Source: Candidatus Latescibacterota bacterium (GTDB lineage Bacteria; Latescibacterota; UBA2968; GCA-2709665). From it: a stretch of DNA of 64,000 bases. Where the stretch lies: NCBI GenBank assembly GCA_965248435.1, contig OZ252100.1:3648001-3712000 (forward strand). The letters are read 5' to 3'. This document shows positions 38,678-47,931 of the stretch, piece by piece (position 1 is the first letter of the stretch; each line of letters opens with the position of its first letter). A program made the position numbers and the translations under genes. The notes below the pieces were generated by a model, which did no database searches, had not been told where the DNA came from, and saw only the letters and a list, made by a program, of their open reading frames with translations.

Positions 38678-39769
38678 ATGGCATATCGTGCCGCGGTCAT
38701 CGGATTGGGCCGCATGGGGAGTACCTTTGATGATGAGATGAAGCCTGGCAGCACGGTCTTCATCCCTTACTGTCACGGACCCACCTATGTGGCATCGCCG
38801 CTGACCGAACTCTCAGCGGGAGCGGATCCGCACGACGAGCAGCGCGGGATATTCGGTGAGCGATGGGGGCTGTCCTCCGATCATCTCTACAGTGATTACA
38901 AAGAGATGCTGGCGAATGAAAAGCTGGATATCGTTAGCGTCTGCACAACGGCCAAGATCCGGGCCGGCATCGTAGAGGATGCGGCGCGCGCCGGCGTGAA
39001 GGCGATATGGGCGGAGAAGCCGATCGCGATCAGTCTCGAGGAGGCTGACGCCATGGTGAACGTTTGCCGCGAGAATGGTGTCACACTCGCAGTCAACTGC
39101 TCGAGACGCTGGCACCCGTTCTACTCCCAAGCCAGGCGGTTGATCGATGAGGGAGAGCTGGGTCAAATCCTTCAAGTCACCGGCTACTGCAGGTGCGGAC
39201 TTTCCCACAATGGCAGCCACCTGATCGATGCGGTTCGATTCTTGGCGGTGGGTGACGTGGAATGGGTCTTTGGAGAGATGGAGTCGGATGAAGCGGCTGC
39301 CGGTGATAAGGATCTGATGGGGAATGGATACCTGGCCTTTGACAACGGGGTGCGTTCCTACATTCGGAGCACGCCGACCGGGGCAGCCCGTTGGGAGATC
39401 CACGTGATCGGCGAAAAGGGGATGATACGATTCAAGTCCAATGGCCAGGGACAGGAACTGGTACTTCTGAGGGGGGATCAGCCTGCCGAGGTCCCCTTCC
39501 CCTGGCCTGTAAGGATGCAGGGTATGGGACTGACGATTCTCGAGGACATCGTCCATTCGATCGAGACGGGTCAACCGCCCAAGTGTTCCGGTGATGACGG
39601 CCGCGCAGCCCTGGAGGTCGCCGTGGCCCTCCGCGAGTCGCACCGCCGCGGGTGTGTGAAGGTTACGCTTCCGGTGGAGGATCGCAGTCTTGCGATTCAC
39701 TCTCTGGAAACGCTGCAGGGTGATCTGCCGGCGAGGATCCGGAGGCAGGGGAACGCGCCTTCAAGGTAA
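38678..39769 (+). CDS. Gfo/Idh/MocA family oxidoreductase (relative of 980..2077)
   Basis: VIGLGRMG, WAEKPIA, NGSHLID, RAALEVAVAL...LPVEDRS. Confidence 0.92.
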   Translation: MAYRAAVIGLGRMGSTFDDEMKPGSTVFIPYCHGPTYVASPLTELSAGADPHDEQRGIFGERWGLSSDHLYSDYKEMLANEKLDIVSVCTTAKIRAGIVEDAARAGVKAIWAEKPIAISLEEADAMVNVCRENGVTLAVNCSRRWHPFYSQARRLIDEGELGQILQVTGYCRCGLSHNGSHLIDAVRFLAVGDVEWVFGEMESDEAAAGDKDLMGNGYLAFDNGVRSYIRSTPTGAARWEIHVIGEKGMIRFKSNGQGQELVLLRGDQPAEVPFPWPVRMQGMGLTILEDIVHSIETGQPPKCSGDDGRAALEVAVALRESHRRGCVKVTLPVEDRSLAIHSLETLQGDLPARIRRQGNAPSR

Positions 39770-39784
39770 AAGGAGAACAATGCC

Positions 39785-40726
39785 ATGAAATGGTTTTCAG
39801 TAGAGAGCGCAGGCCTGTCCGTTCCAAAGGACTGGAAGGATGATCCGACCCGGGTCGTGAAGGTCGGCTGGAAGGGGAAACCGGTCACCGGCTTCAACCA
39901 GTCTTCACGGCGGTGTTACGTCTACCCGGTTCTGACGCCTTCGGGGGTCGGGGTCACGAACGAGCGGTCGACGAATGACCATCCCTTTCATCAATCGATT
40001 ACGGTCGGCAACGACTATTTTTTTACGTATCAGACCTCCGCGGCCGGACGGTTCGAAGACCCGCCGATGTGCTTTTATTCGAATGAAGTGGATATGCGGG
40101 GGAGGGGAGAGGGGCGCATCATCTGCACTGCGCAGAATGAGTGCACGGAGTTGAGCGAAGACCACCTCGAGATGATTATGAGGATGCAGTGGCAGGGGCC
40201 CGAGGAGGGATACAGCCCGAAGTACCGCCGGGTCGTCGCGGAGGAGATGCGTACGATCAGCGTTTTTCCCGGCGATGTAGCAAACATCATCGACGTTCGG
40301 TCGCAGCTCCGGCCTACCATGTGGGACCTCCGTCTGGGACCGTCGCGACACGGCTACTTTACGATCCGTATGGCGGACTTCCTGAGGCCCAACGCCAACG
40401 CCGGGGCCAACCTGGTGGACTCGGAGGGTCGGGAGGGTGAGGATGTGATCTGGCAGCATTCGGACTGGGTGGACTACTACGGAAAGGATCCGGAGGGGAG
40501 AACGGTCGGGATCGCCGTCTTTCAGTTCCCGTCTATGGGGAATGTGGCGTGGTACGCCGCCACGTATGGATCGATTCGCGTGAATCCGTTTCGTAAAGGC
40601 GGGACCTTCATCTGCCGCGGGGAAGAAGTGGACGTGGCGGTTCGGGTGGTGGCCCACGATGGGGATCCTTTCGAAGCGAAGATTTCCGAGTTGTACGACG
40701 TGTTCAAAGAAGAGACAACCCTTTAG
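39785..40726 (+). CDS. PmoA-like (PF14100/DUF6807-type) protein, copy 2
   Basis: Paralog of 32017..32964 (YVYPVLTPSG, DHPFHQS, SDWVDYYG). Confidence 0.72.
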   Translation: MKWFSVESAGLSVPKDWKDDPTRVVKVGWKGKPVTGFNQSSRRCYVYPVLTPSGVGVTNERSTNDHPFHQSITVGNDYFFTYQTSAAGRFEDPPMCFYSNEVDMRGRGEGRIICTAQNECTELSEDHLEMIMRMQWQGPEEGYSPKYRRVVAEEMRTISVFPGDVANIIDVRSQLRPTMWDLRLGPSRHGYFTIRMADFLRPNANAGANLVDSEGREGEDVIWQHSDWVDYYGKDPEGRTVGIAVFQFPSMGNVAWYAATYGSIRVNPFRKGGTFICRGEEVDVAVRVVAHDGDPFEAKISELYDVFKEETTL

Positions 40727-40731
40727 GAACC

Positions 40732-40814
40732 GGGTACCGGGAAATCGAAACACGGGTACCGGGTACCGCAGAATCGTTTTTCGTCGCTCGTAGGGGCGAA
40801 CCTTGTGTTCGCCC
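40732..40814 (+). repeat. Composite repeat copy 2 (heptamer block plus GTAG REP)
   Basis: Matches 4628-4714 with a different 21-nt spacer. Confidence 0.85.
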
Positions 40815-40876
40815 GTGTAAATTCATCCGCCGATCAGCGTGGGAATAGATTCGCCGGATCTAGGATCGGGAACACC

Positions 40877-40904
40877 GTAGGGGCACGGCGCGCCGTGCCC
40901 CTAC
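40877..40904. repeat. Perfect 28-bp palindromic GTAG REP
   Basis: GTAGGGGCACGGCG|CGCCGTGCCCCTAC. Confidence 0.85.
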
Positions 40905-40930
40905 GACTATGCAGGTGACAAGGGGCAGGA

Positions 40931-42916
40931 TTGGCTGAACCGCAAGCCGTAACTCACTTGAGTCCTGAGCCTGAGGCAGTCCAGGAACAGGGCATCACGG
41001 TCAGATCGGTCACCCTCGGAATCGCGACCGTCGTCGCGGGCAACCTCTGGGTGACTTATGCCGAGACGATCGTGCGTTCCACGCGGCTCAATCTGAGCAC
41101 GTTTCAGTTGACCCTCCTCGCGATTTTCATCCTCCTGGTCGCCGTCGTGAATCCGCTGCTCAAACTCTTCCGGCAGCAATTCGCGCTGTCCTCTTCCGAG
41201 CTATTAGTGATTGTGGCGATCGGGATCGTAGGATCGGTCGTTCCGACGGCGGGGATCACCGGTTTCTTCCTCAGCATCATCTCCGCCCCCTTCTATTTCG
41301 ATTCACCCGAAAACCAGTGGGACGAGTTCTACCACCCCTACTTGAACTCATGGACGGTCACAACTGATCAGGAGGCGATGCGTGCCTTTTACGAAGGCCT
41401 CCCACCTGGTATGGAGGCGCCCTGGGGGGCCTGGGTGATTCCCCTGCTCTGGTGGGCCAGCCTGATCACCGCAGTGTTCGTCGCGTCCGCCTGCGTGATG
41501 GTCATCCTCAGAAAGCAGTGGGCCGAGAACGAAAAGCTGGCCTATCCGTTGGCCGAAGTGCCGCTGGAAATGTCCAGCGATGCCCGATCCTCCCGTCTGT
41601 TCCCCGAATTCATGCGAGGGTGGCTGTTCTGGATCGCTGCAACGGCGGCGTTTTCGCTGTTGTTCTGGAAATCGCTTTCGTGGTTCTCTCCCGCCGTTCC
41701 GGATATCCGGTCGATTCCGAACGGGGGGCTCTTTCGCTTCACTCGCTATTCTCCGTTCGTGATCATAAAGCCGTTCCAGTTCTTCACGATGGGATTTGCC
41801 TACTTCGCGAATCTACAGGTGCTGTTCAGCGTCTGGTTCTTCTTCCTGGTACACGTCGTGGAGGGAGGGATCAAGAACCGACTGGGCTATCGGATCGGAT
41901 GGGGTACGGACTCCTTCGGCGCTGACCCGCCGACCGAAGCGTGGCAGTGCCACGGTGCCCTGGCATTCTTCGTGATCTGGCGCCTGTGGGTCGCGCGACA
42001 TCACTTGAGAGACGTGCTGATGAAGGCCATCCGTCCGGACTACCCTGCGGACGACAGCCAGGAGATGCTGTCTTACAGGACGTGTGTCCTGGGACTCATC
42101 CTGAGTCTGTCCTACGCGATGTTCTGGCTGAACCGCATCGGCATGGACATGACGACCGTGCTAATGTTCATGTTCGCGACGAGCATCATCTACATCGGCA
42201 TGGCGAGGATCGCCTCGGAGGCGGGGGTCCCGTATGCCCAGTCGACTGTCTCGGCTCAGGCATTTGTGATGGATCTGCGAGGGACCGACGTGCTGTCCAG
42301 GGCAACGATGACCGGGATGCTGCTTTCCTACTCACTGATCGATTACATGAGGGGGCTGTTCACTCCAGGCCTTGCCCACGTCGCGAAATGGGGCGACACG
42401 GTCCACGGGAATCGCCGTCAACTGCTCCTGTTCGTGGGCCTGGGCGTGCTGGCCGGTCTCATGACCTCAGTCATTGCCACGATTCACTTCGGCCACATCT
42501 ACGGCGGCTACCATTTCAGATGGTTTGGCGGGAATCCGAAAGGGGTCTTCTCGTCGACCCTTGGACTGATGAAGTCACCAAGACCGCCCGACACGGTCCG
42601 GCTGCTCTTCTACGGGATCGGAGCCTGCCTCATGGCCCTGCTCACGTTTCTGCGCTATCGGTTTTCGTGGTGGCCCTTTCACCCGATCGGACTGGCTTTT
42701 GCCGCGGCAGACAACAACGCGGCGCTGGTCATGCCGGTCTTCTTCACCTGGGTGATCAAGACGATCCTGATGCGCATCGGTGGTGTGAATCTCTACCGGC
42801 GCGCGAAGCCGGTCTTTTTGGGCCTCCTTGTCGGGCACACGGCTGGTGTTGTGTGGTGCTTCATCCTGGATGCGATCTGGTTTCCGGGCCATGGGCATCA
42901 GGTACATGAATGGTGA
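40931..42916 (+). CDS. Polytopic membrane protein, DUF6785/DUF6784 putative transporter
   Basis: Many hydrophobic segments. RKQWAENEKLAYPL, RIASEAG, WWPFHPIG, GGVNLYRRAKPVFLGL. Confidence 0.78.
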   Translation: MAEPQAVTHLSPEPEAVQEQGITVRSVTLGIATVVAGNLWVTYAETIVRSTRLNLSTFQLTLLAIFILLVAVVNPLLKLFRQQFALSSSELLVIVAIGIVGSVVPTAGITGFFLSIISAPFYFDSPENQWDEFYHPYLNSWTVTTDQEAMRAFYEGLPPGMEAPWGAWVIPLLWWASLITAVFVASACVMVILRKQWAENEKLAYPLAEVPLEMSSDARSSRLFPEFMRGWLFWIAATAAFSLLFWKSLSWFSPAVPDIRSIPNGGLFRFTRYSPFVIIKPFQFFTMGFAYFANLQVLFSVWFFFLVHVVEGGIKNRLGYRIGWGTDSFGADPPTEAWQCHGALAFFVIWRLWVARHHLRDVLMKAIRPDYPADDSQEMLSYRTCVLGLILSLSYAMFWLNRIGMDMTTVLMFMFATSIIYIGMARIASEAGVPYAQSTVSAQAFVMDLRGTDVLSRATMTGMLLSYSLIDYMRGLFTPGLAHVAKWGDTVHGNRRQLLLFVGLGVLAGLMTSVIATIHFGHIYGGYHFRWFGGNPKGVFSSTLGLMKSPRPPDTVRLLFYGIGACLMALLTFLRYRFSWWPFHPIGLAFAAADNNAALVMPVFFTWVIKTILMRIGGVNLYRRAKPVFLGLLVGHTAGVVWCFILDAIWFPGHGHQVHEW

Positions 42917-42953
42917 GGTAAATTGCGGATTGCGGAGGTTAGATAAAAACCGT

Positions 42954-44522
42954 ATGGCTCAGCCACCTCGGATGTTTTACAACAACGACGCGAGCTTTTT
43001 GCACTACTCGTCACCTCCGATGACGACCGACGACTTTGTCTACGAGACGGTCGGACGATTTGCCGGTACCCAGGTGGATGCCCTGGTCTGCCATATGTTC
43101 GGGTTCGGCACTGCGACCCCGCTCTACCCGACAGAGGTTCCGGAGGCAGCGGGGATCGACTTTGAACAGGTTGACTATGTCGAAGTATGGCGGCAGCAGG
43201 AGATTTTGAAAGGGTTCTGGACGAAAGGGCAGGACCCCTGGAAGCAGGCTGTTGAAGCGGCCCATTCCGCAGGCATGGAATACTGGTCCGGAATGCGGTT
43301 CAACGACCTTCACGGTCCGATTTTCGCGTGGTCAAACGAATTTTCCCTGAACCATCCTGAATACAAGCTTGGCGAAAAGTGTGGGTCAGGACTGCATCGC
43401 CCCGGCGAGTCGTGCCGCGGTCTCGATTTCACGATACCGGAAGTCCGCGCCCACCGCCTGGCTTTGATAGAGGAGGTTTGCACGCGCTACGATGTGGACG
43501 GTTTTGAATGGGACTTTCTTCGAGAGCCCGGCCACCACGTTCCGGACATCGAATCAGGGCGTTCGGTGCTTACCGATTACGTGCGCGAGGCACGGAAGGT
43601 AATACAGCGTATCGGTGAACAACGAGGCCGGCCGCTCGGTTTCGGCATCCGCGTCCCTGGAACGCCGGAAAAATGTCACGAAATCGGGCTGGAGATGGAA
43701 ACCTGGATCAAGGATGGACTGGTGGATATTGTGTCGCCTGCGCCCTACTGGGATACGGCGACCGACCTCCCGTTCGATGCCTTTGTCGCCATGGCGCAGG
43801 ATACAGACTGCCGCATCTACGCGTGTACATCCGAACAAGTGGGCCCCGGTCCCTACAGGCCGGCACCCCCGGAGACATTACGCGCGGGAGCGCTGAATGC
43901 GTGGCGTCAGGGCGTAGACGGCATCTACATCTTCAACTTCCATCACACCACGATGACCAACATCGATGATTCGGTGCTGCTGTCCCAGCTGGGAGACCTC
44001 GAAACCCTGGCGACTAGAAACAAACAGTATATGGTTGCGGGTGGCCACGCGGCGGTGAAACAGTACCCTCACGGAAGTTTCATGTTTGAAGCCTTCGAAC
44101 ATCAGCTGCCTTCGGTGTTTAAGGAGCGGTCTACAGGACCTGGGCATACGGTACGGTTCACGGTGGGCGACGATCTGAAGATGGCCGCGAACAGAGGCAT
44201 CCTGGATGCCGTGATCCTGGAACTGACCGTCGTGGATTTCACGGCAGAAGACCAGTTTGAATTCAGGCTGAACGGGAAGCGATTGCCCGAAGGACCACAA
44301 CTGGAATTGCATCCTCACCACTATCGCGCGGGGTATGGCCACACTGCATCGAACGGTCACTATGTTCTGCGATACGACCTTCGAATTGGAGACTGGATCC
44401 GGCAGGGCGCGAACGAACTGGACCTCGTGCTTCGGCGGCGGAATCCAAAAGTCAGGATTGAATTCGGAGTACACGATTTGAGATTAGAAATCAACTATCG
44501 AACTCTGCCGATGCGGGGCTGA
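42954..44522 (+). CDS. GHL10-like glycoside hydrolase TIM barrel, copy 1
   Basis: YNND, GMRFNDLH, NHPEY, LDFTIPEVR, YDVDGFEWDF, GVDGIYIFNF. ATG at 42954, preceded by the AATTGCG-GATTGCG heptamers. Confidence 0.7.
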   Translation: MAQPPRMFYNNDASFLHYSSPPMTTDDFVYETVGRFAGTQVDALVCHMFGFGTATPLYPTEVPEAAGIDFEQVDYVEVWRQQEILKGFWTKGQDPWKQAVEAAHSAGMEYWSGMRFNDLHGPIFAWSNEFSLNHPEYKLGEKCGSGLHRPGESCRGLDFTIPEVRAHRLALIEEVCTRYDVDGFEWDFLREPGHHVPDIESGRSVLTDYVREARKVIQRIGEQRGRPLGFGIRVPGTPEKCHEIGLEMETWIKDGLVDIVSPAPYWDTATDLPFDAFVAMAQDTDCRIYACTSEQVGPGPYRPAPPETLRAGALNAWRQGVDGIYIFNFHHTTMTNIDDSVLLSQLGDLETLATRNKQYMVAGGHAAVKQYPHGSFMFEAFEHQLPSVFKERSTGPGHTVRFTVGDDLKMAANRGILDAVILELTVVDFTAEDQFEFRLNGKRLPEGPQLELHPHHYRAGYGHTASNGHYVLRYDLRIGDWIRQGANELDLVLRRRNPKVRIEFGVHDLRLEINYRTLPMRG

Positions 44523-44525
44523 CTC

Positions 44526-44553
44526 GATTGTGGATTTCAGAATTCGGATTGCG
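44526..44553 (+). repeat. Heptamer tandem repeat (GATTGCG family)
   Basis: GATTGTG-GATTTCA-GAATTCG-GATTGCG. Same family at 42921-42934. Confidence 0.6.
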
Positions 44554-44588
44554 GAATCAGAAACAAACACCTATTGAAGGGAGAGCGC

Positions 44589-46151
44589 ATGGCTTCGCAA
44601 CCACGCTTCTTCAGCAACAACGATGGGAGTTTTCTGCTTTACTGCTCACCTCCGATGACGGTGGATGACTTCGTCTACGAAGCTGTCGGCCGATACCTTG
44701 GTACCCAGGTGGATGCAATCGTCTGCCACATGTTCGGGTTCGGGTGCGCGACGCCGCTCTTCCCGACGGAGGTCCCGGAGGCGAGCGGCCTGGATTTCGA
44801 TCAGGTCGATCACGTGAGCCAGTGGCGGATGCAGCAGATCCTGAAGGGGCTCTGGGCGGAGGGGCAGGATCCGTGGAAACAGGCGGTGGAGGCCGTTCAC
44901 GCCGCCGGAATACAGTACTGGGCCGGGATGCGGTTCAACGACCTGCACGGGGGGAGCTTTGAGTGGGAAAACGAGTTCTCGGTGAACCACACCGACTACA
45001 AGCTGGGTGACCAGTGCGCCTCGGGAAAGCACCCCCCGGGCGTTCCCTGTAAAGGGCTCAATTTCGCGATTCCAGAGGTTCGTGCCCACCGGTTGGCTCT
45101 GGTGGCGGAGGTCTGCTCCCGCTACGATGTGGATGGGTTCGAGTGGGATTTCACGCGGCACGACGGGCATCACTTCCCCGATATCGAAGCGGGGCGTACT
45201 GTCCTGACCGATTACATGCGTGAGGCGCGGAAAGTTCTGCAGGAGATCGGCGAGAAACGGGGCCGACCCGTGGAGTTCTGTATCCGGGTACCTGGCACAC
45301 CGGAGAGATGTCGAGAAGTCGGGCTGGAGCTGGAGACCTGGGTTCGAGAGGGCCTGATAGACATCATTTCGCCTGCCCCCATCTGGGATACGGCGACCGA
45401 CCTTCCGTTCGAAGCCTTCGTGGCCATCGCCAAGGACTCAGACTGCCGCACCTATGGCTGTATCACGGAGGAGGTTGGCCCCGGTGCCGACCGGCCGTCG
45501 CCTGCAGATGCGCTACGGGCCGGCGCGCTTAATGCGTGGCGTCAGGGGGTAGACGGCGTCTACCTGTTCAACTTCCATCATCCGACGATGTATGCAATCG
45601 ACGATTCAGAAGTCCTGTCTCAGCTCGGAGATCCAGCCACGCTGATGTTCAAGGACAAACAGTACGCGGTGACGGGTGGCCACGCCCAAGCGGTACAGGA
45701 TCCGCGGGAAAGGACGGCGTCGGGTGAGGGACAACTTCCGGTAATTCTGGAGCCCCAGCCCGAGGGACCCGGCCACACCGTTCGCTTCTCGGTGGGCGAT
45801 GACCTGAAGACCGCTGAGAGCAGGGGCATTCTTGATGCCGTGACCCTGCGGCTGAGTGTGTTCGGTTTGACCTCTGAAGATCTGTTCGAGTTCAAGCTGA
45901 ACGAGAGGACCTTGCCGGAGACGCCTCACCTCAAGCTGCATCCGCGACACTACCGGGCCGCACACGGGCACGGCTCCTTCCAGGGCCACTATATGCTGCA
46001 ATACGACTTGCGTACCGGAGACTGGATCCACCAGGGATGGAACGAAGTCGAGATCGTGCTTCGACGCAGAAACCCGATGGTGAGGGCTGAATTTGGCGTC
46101 CACGACCTGAGGCTGGATATCAAGTATCGAATTTTGCCTATGAGAGGCTAG
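44589..46151 (+). CDS. GHL10-like glycoside hydrolase, copy 2
   Basis: Tandem paralog. ATG at 44589 after AAGGGAG. Confidence 0.7.
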   Translation: MASQPRFFSNNDGSFLLYCSPPMTVDDFVYEAVGRYLGTQVDAIVCHMFGFGCATPLFPTEVPEASGLDFDQVDHVSQWRMQQILKGLWAEGQDPWKQAVEAVHAAGIQYWAGMRFNDLHGGSFEWENEFSVNHTDYKLGDQCASGKHPPGVPCKGLNFAIPEVRAHRLALVAEVCSRYDVDGFEWDFTRHDGHHFPDIEAGRTVLTDYMREARKVLQEIGEKRGRPVEFCIRVPGTPERCREVGLELETWVREGLIDIISPAPIWDTATDLPFEAFVAIAKDSDCRTYGCITEEVGPGADRPSPADALRAGALNAWRQGVDGVYLFNFHHPTMYAIDDSEVLSQLGDPATLMFKDKQYAVTGGHAQAVQDPRERTASGEGQLPVILEPQPEGPGHTVRFSVGDDLKTAESRGILDAVTLRLSVFGLTSEDLFEFKLNERTLPETPHLKLHPRHYRAAHGHGSFQGHYMLQYDLRTGDWIHQGWNEVEIVLRRRNPMVRAEFGVHDLRLDIKYRILPMRG

Positions 46152-46190
46152 ACCTAACCCCCCGACCCCCTTCCCTAAAGGGAAGGGGGA
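46152..46190 (+). repeat. Hairpin repeat family A, copy 2
   Basis: ACCTAACCCCCCGACCCCCTTCCC-TAAA-GGGAAGGGGGA, immediately after the stop codon. Confidence 0.8.
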
Positions 46191-46228
46191 GCCACGTTGA
46201 CAGCAGCAGTTCGAGACAAGGCGAAAGC

Positions 46229-47779
46229 ATGACTAAGCAACCGCGCTTTTTTTACAATAACGACGGCACCTTTCTGTTCCGTAATTCTCCCCCTCTGTCT
46301 TCCGAAGATTTCGTCTACGAGGCCGTAGGGCGTCTCATAGGCACCCAAGTGGATGCCGTTGTCTGCCATATGTTCGGGTACGGCCCTGCGACCCCGCTCT
46401 ACCCGACGGAGGTTCCAGAGGCCAGAGGGATTGATTGTGAGCAGGTTGACTTTGTCAGCGTATGGCGGCAGCAAGAGATTATGAAAGGGCTGTGGGCGAA
46501 AGGGCAAGATCCCTGGAAGCAGGCTGTGGAGGCTGCCCATTCCGCAGGCATGGAATACTGGGCTGGAATGCGATTCAACGACGTGCACGGAGAGCGTTTC
46601 GGATGGCCAAACGTGTTTTCTACGAACCATCCCGAGTATGAGCTCGGGGAGCGGCGCAGCTCACCCGAAGGTCGTCTAGGTAAAACCTATGAAGGTCTAG
46701 ACTTTGCGATTCCTGAGGTACGTGCTCACCGTGTGGCGCTGGCGGAAGAGGTCTGCGTGCGCTACGACGTGGACGGTTTTGAATGGGACTTTCTTCGAGA
46801 GCCCGGCCACCACTTTTCGGACATCGAAACCGGTCGTTCCATTCTTACCGATTACGTGCGCGAGGCGAGAAACGTGCTACAGCGGGCCGGCGAAAGTCGG
46901 GGCCGGCCGCTGGGATTCGGCATCAGAGTTCCTGGGACCTTGGAAAAGTGCCATCAAATCGGCCTGGAGGTGGAAACCTGGATTCGAGAAGGGTTGGTGG
47001 ATTTTGTCTCGCCCAGCCCCTACTGGGACACGGCCACCGAACTGCCCTTCGAATCCTTCCTGGATATGGCGGAGGGCACAGACTGCCGTGTCTACGCCTG
47101 TACTTCGGAGGGGGTAGGCCCTGGAAACCATTCGCTTCCGCCAGCATCGGCCTTGCGCGCGGGCATTGCCAATGCCTGGCGTCAGGGAGTGGACGGAATC
47201 TACGTTTTCAACTTTCATCACTATGCAAGGGAAAACATCGACGAATCCACCCTGCTGCATCAACTCGGGAGTGCCACGACTTTAGAATTTCAAGACAAGC
47301 TATTCGTGATATCTGGAGGCTATAGAAGGCAGGAAATGCCGGCTTTTGACGGGTTTGAGCATCAACTGCCGCTGTTACTGAAAGAGCAGCCTGCGGGTCC
47401 GGGGAATACCTTGCGTTTTTTGGTGAGCGACGACCTGGAGACCGGTGTTGAACGGGGCATCCTGGATGCGGTCACCCTGGAGTTGATCGTCGTGGGACTG
47501 ACGCCGGAGGACGTATTCGAAACCAAGCTAAACGGAAGGGCTCTGTCAGGGACCTCAAATTTAGAGCTTCTTCCCTACAGGGTATGGCCTGGTCCGAACG
47601 CAAATCAGGGCAACTACACCCGGCGATACGACCTGCGTTCTGGCGGTTGGATTAAGCAGGGATGGAACGAAGTGGAGTTTGCGCTTCGGCACCGAAACCC
47701 GAAACTTCGGACGTGTGATTTCGTCGTCCACGACCTGAGTCTGGAGATTAGGTATCGAACACTGCCGATGAGAGGGTAA
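46229..47779 (+). CDS. GHL10-like glycoside hydrolase, copy 3
   Basis: Tandem paralog ending YRTLPMRG. Confidence 0.7.
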   Translation: MTKQPRFFYNNDGTFLFRNSPPLSSEDFVYEAVGRLIGTQVDAVVCHMFGYGPATPLYPTEVPEARGIDCEQVDFVSVWRQQEIMKGLWAKGQDPWKQAVEAAHSAGMEYWAGMRFNDVHGERFGWPNVFSTNHPEYELGERRSSPEGRLGKTYEGLDFAIPEVRAHRVALAEEVCVRYDVDGFEWDFLREPGHHFSDIETGRSILTDYVREARNVLQRAGESRGRPLGFGIRVPGTLEKCHQIGLEVETWIREGLVDFVSPSPYWDTATELPFESFLDMAEGTDCRVYACTSEGVGPGNHSLPPASALRAGIANAWRQGVDGIYVFNFHHYARENIDESTLLHQLGSATTLEFQDKLFVISGGYRRQEMPAFDGFEHQLPLLLKEQPAGPGNTLRFLVSDDLETGVERGILDAVTLELIVVGLTPEDVFETKLNGRALSGTSNLELLPYRVWPGPNANQGNYTRRYDLRSGGWIKQGWNEVEFALRHRNPKLRTCDFVVHDLSLEIRYRTLPMRG

Positions 47780-47882
47780 ACCTAACCCCCCCGGCCCCCT
47801 CCCTCGGCTTACTCACCTCGATACGGCCCCGGTGGGCCTACTCGGTGCAGGCGGGACAGGCTTCCCTAAAGGGAAGGGGGGA
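47780..47882. repeat. Hairpin repeat family A copy 3, interrupted by two nested CCTG-foot mini-elements
   Basis: Deleting 47800-47860 restores the perfect hairpin CCCCCCTTCCC-TAAA-GGGAAGGGGGG. Confidence 0.75.
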
Positions 47883-47931
47883 ACGAGGTCGACGAACGCG
47901 AACCGAATCATAATATCCGAGGAGGGTGCTG

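Noticed and set aside
32017-40726. Methane monooxygenase (pmoA)
   Set aside because: The Pfam name is misleading. These are soluble proteins without transmembrane helices, and pmoB and pmoC are absent.
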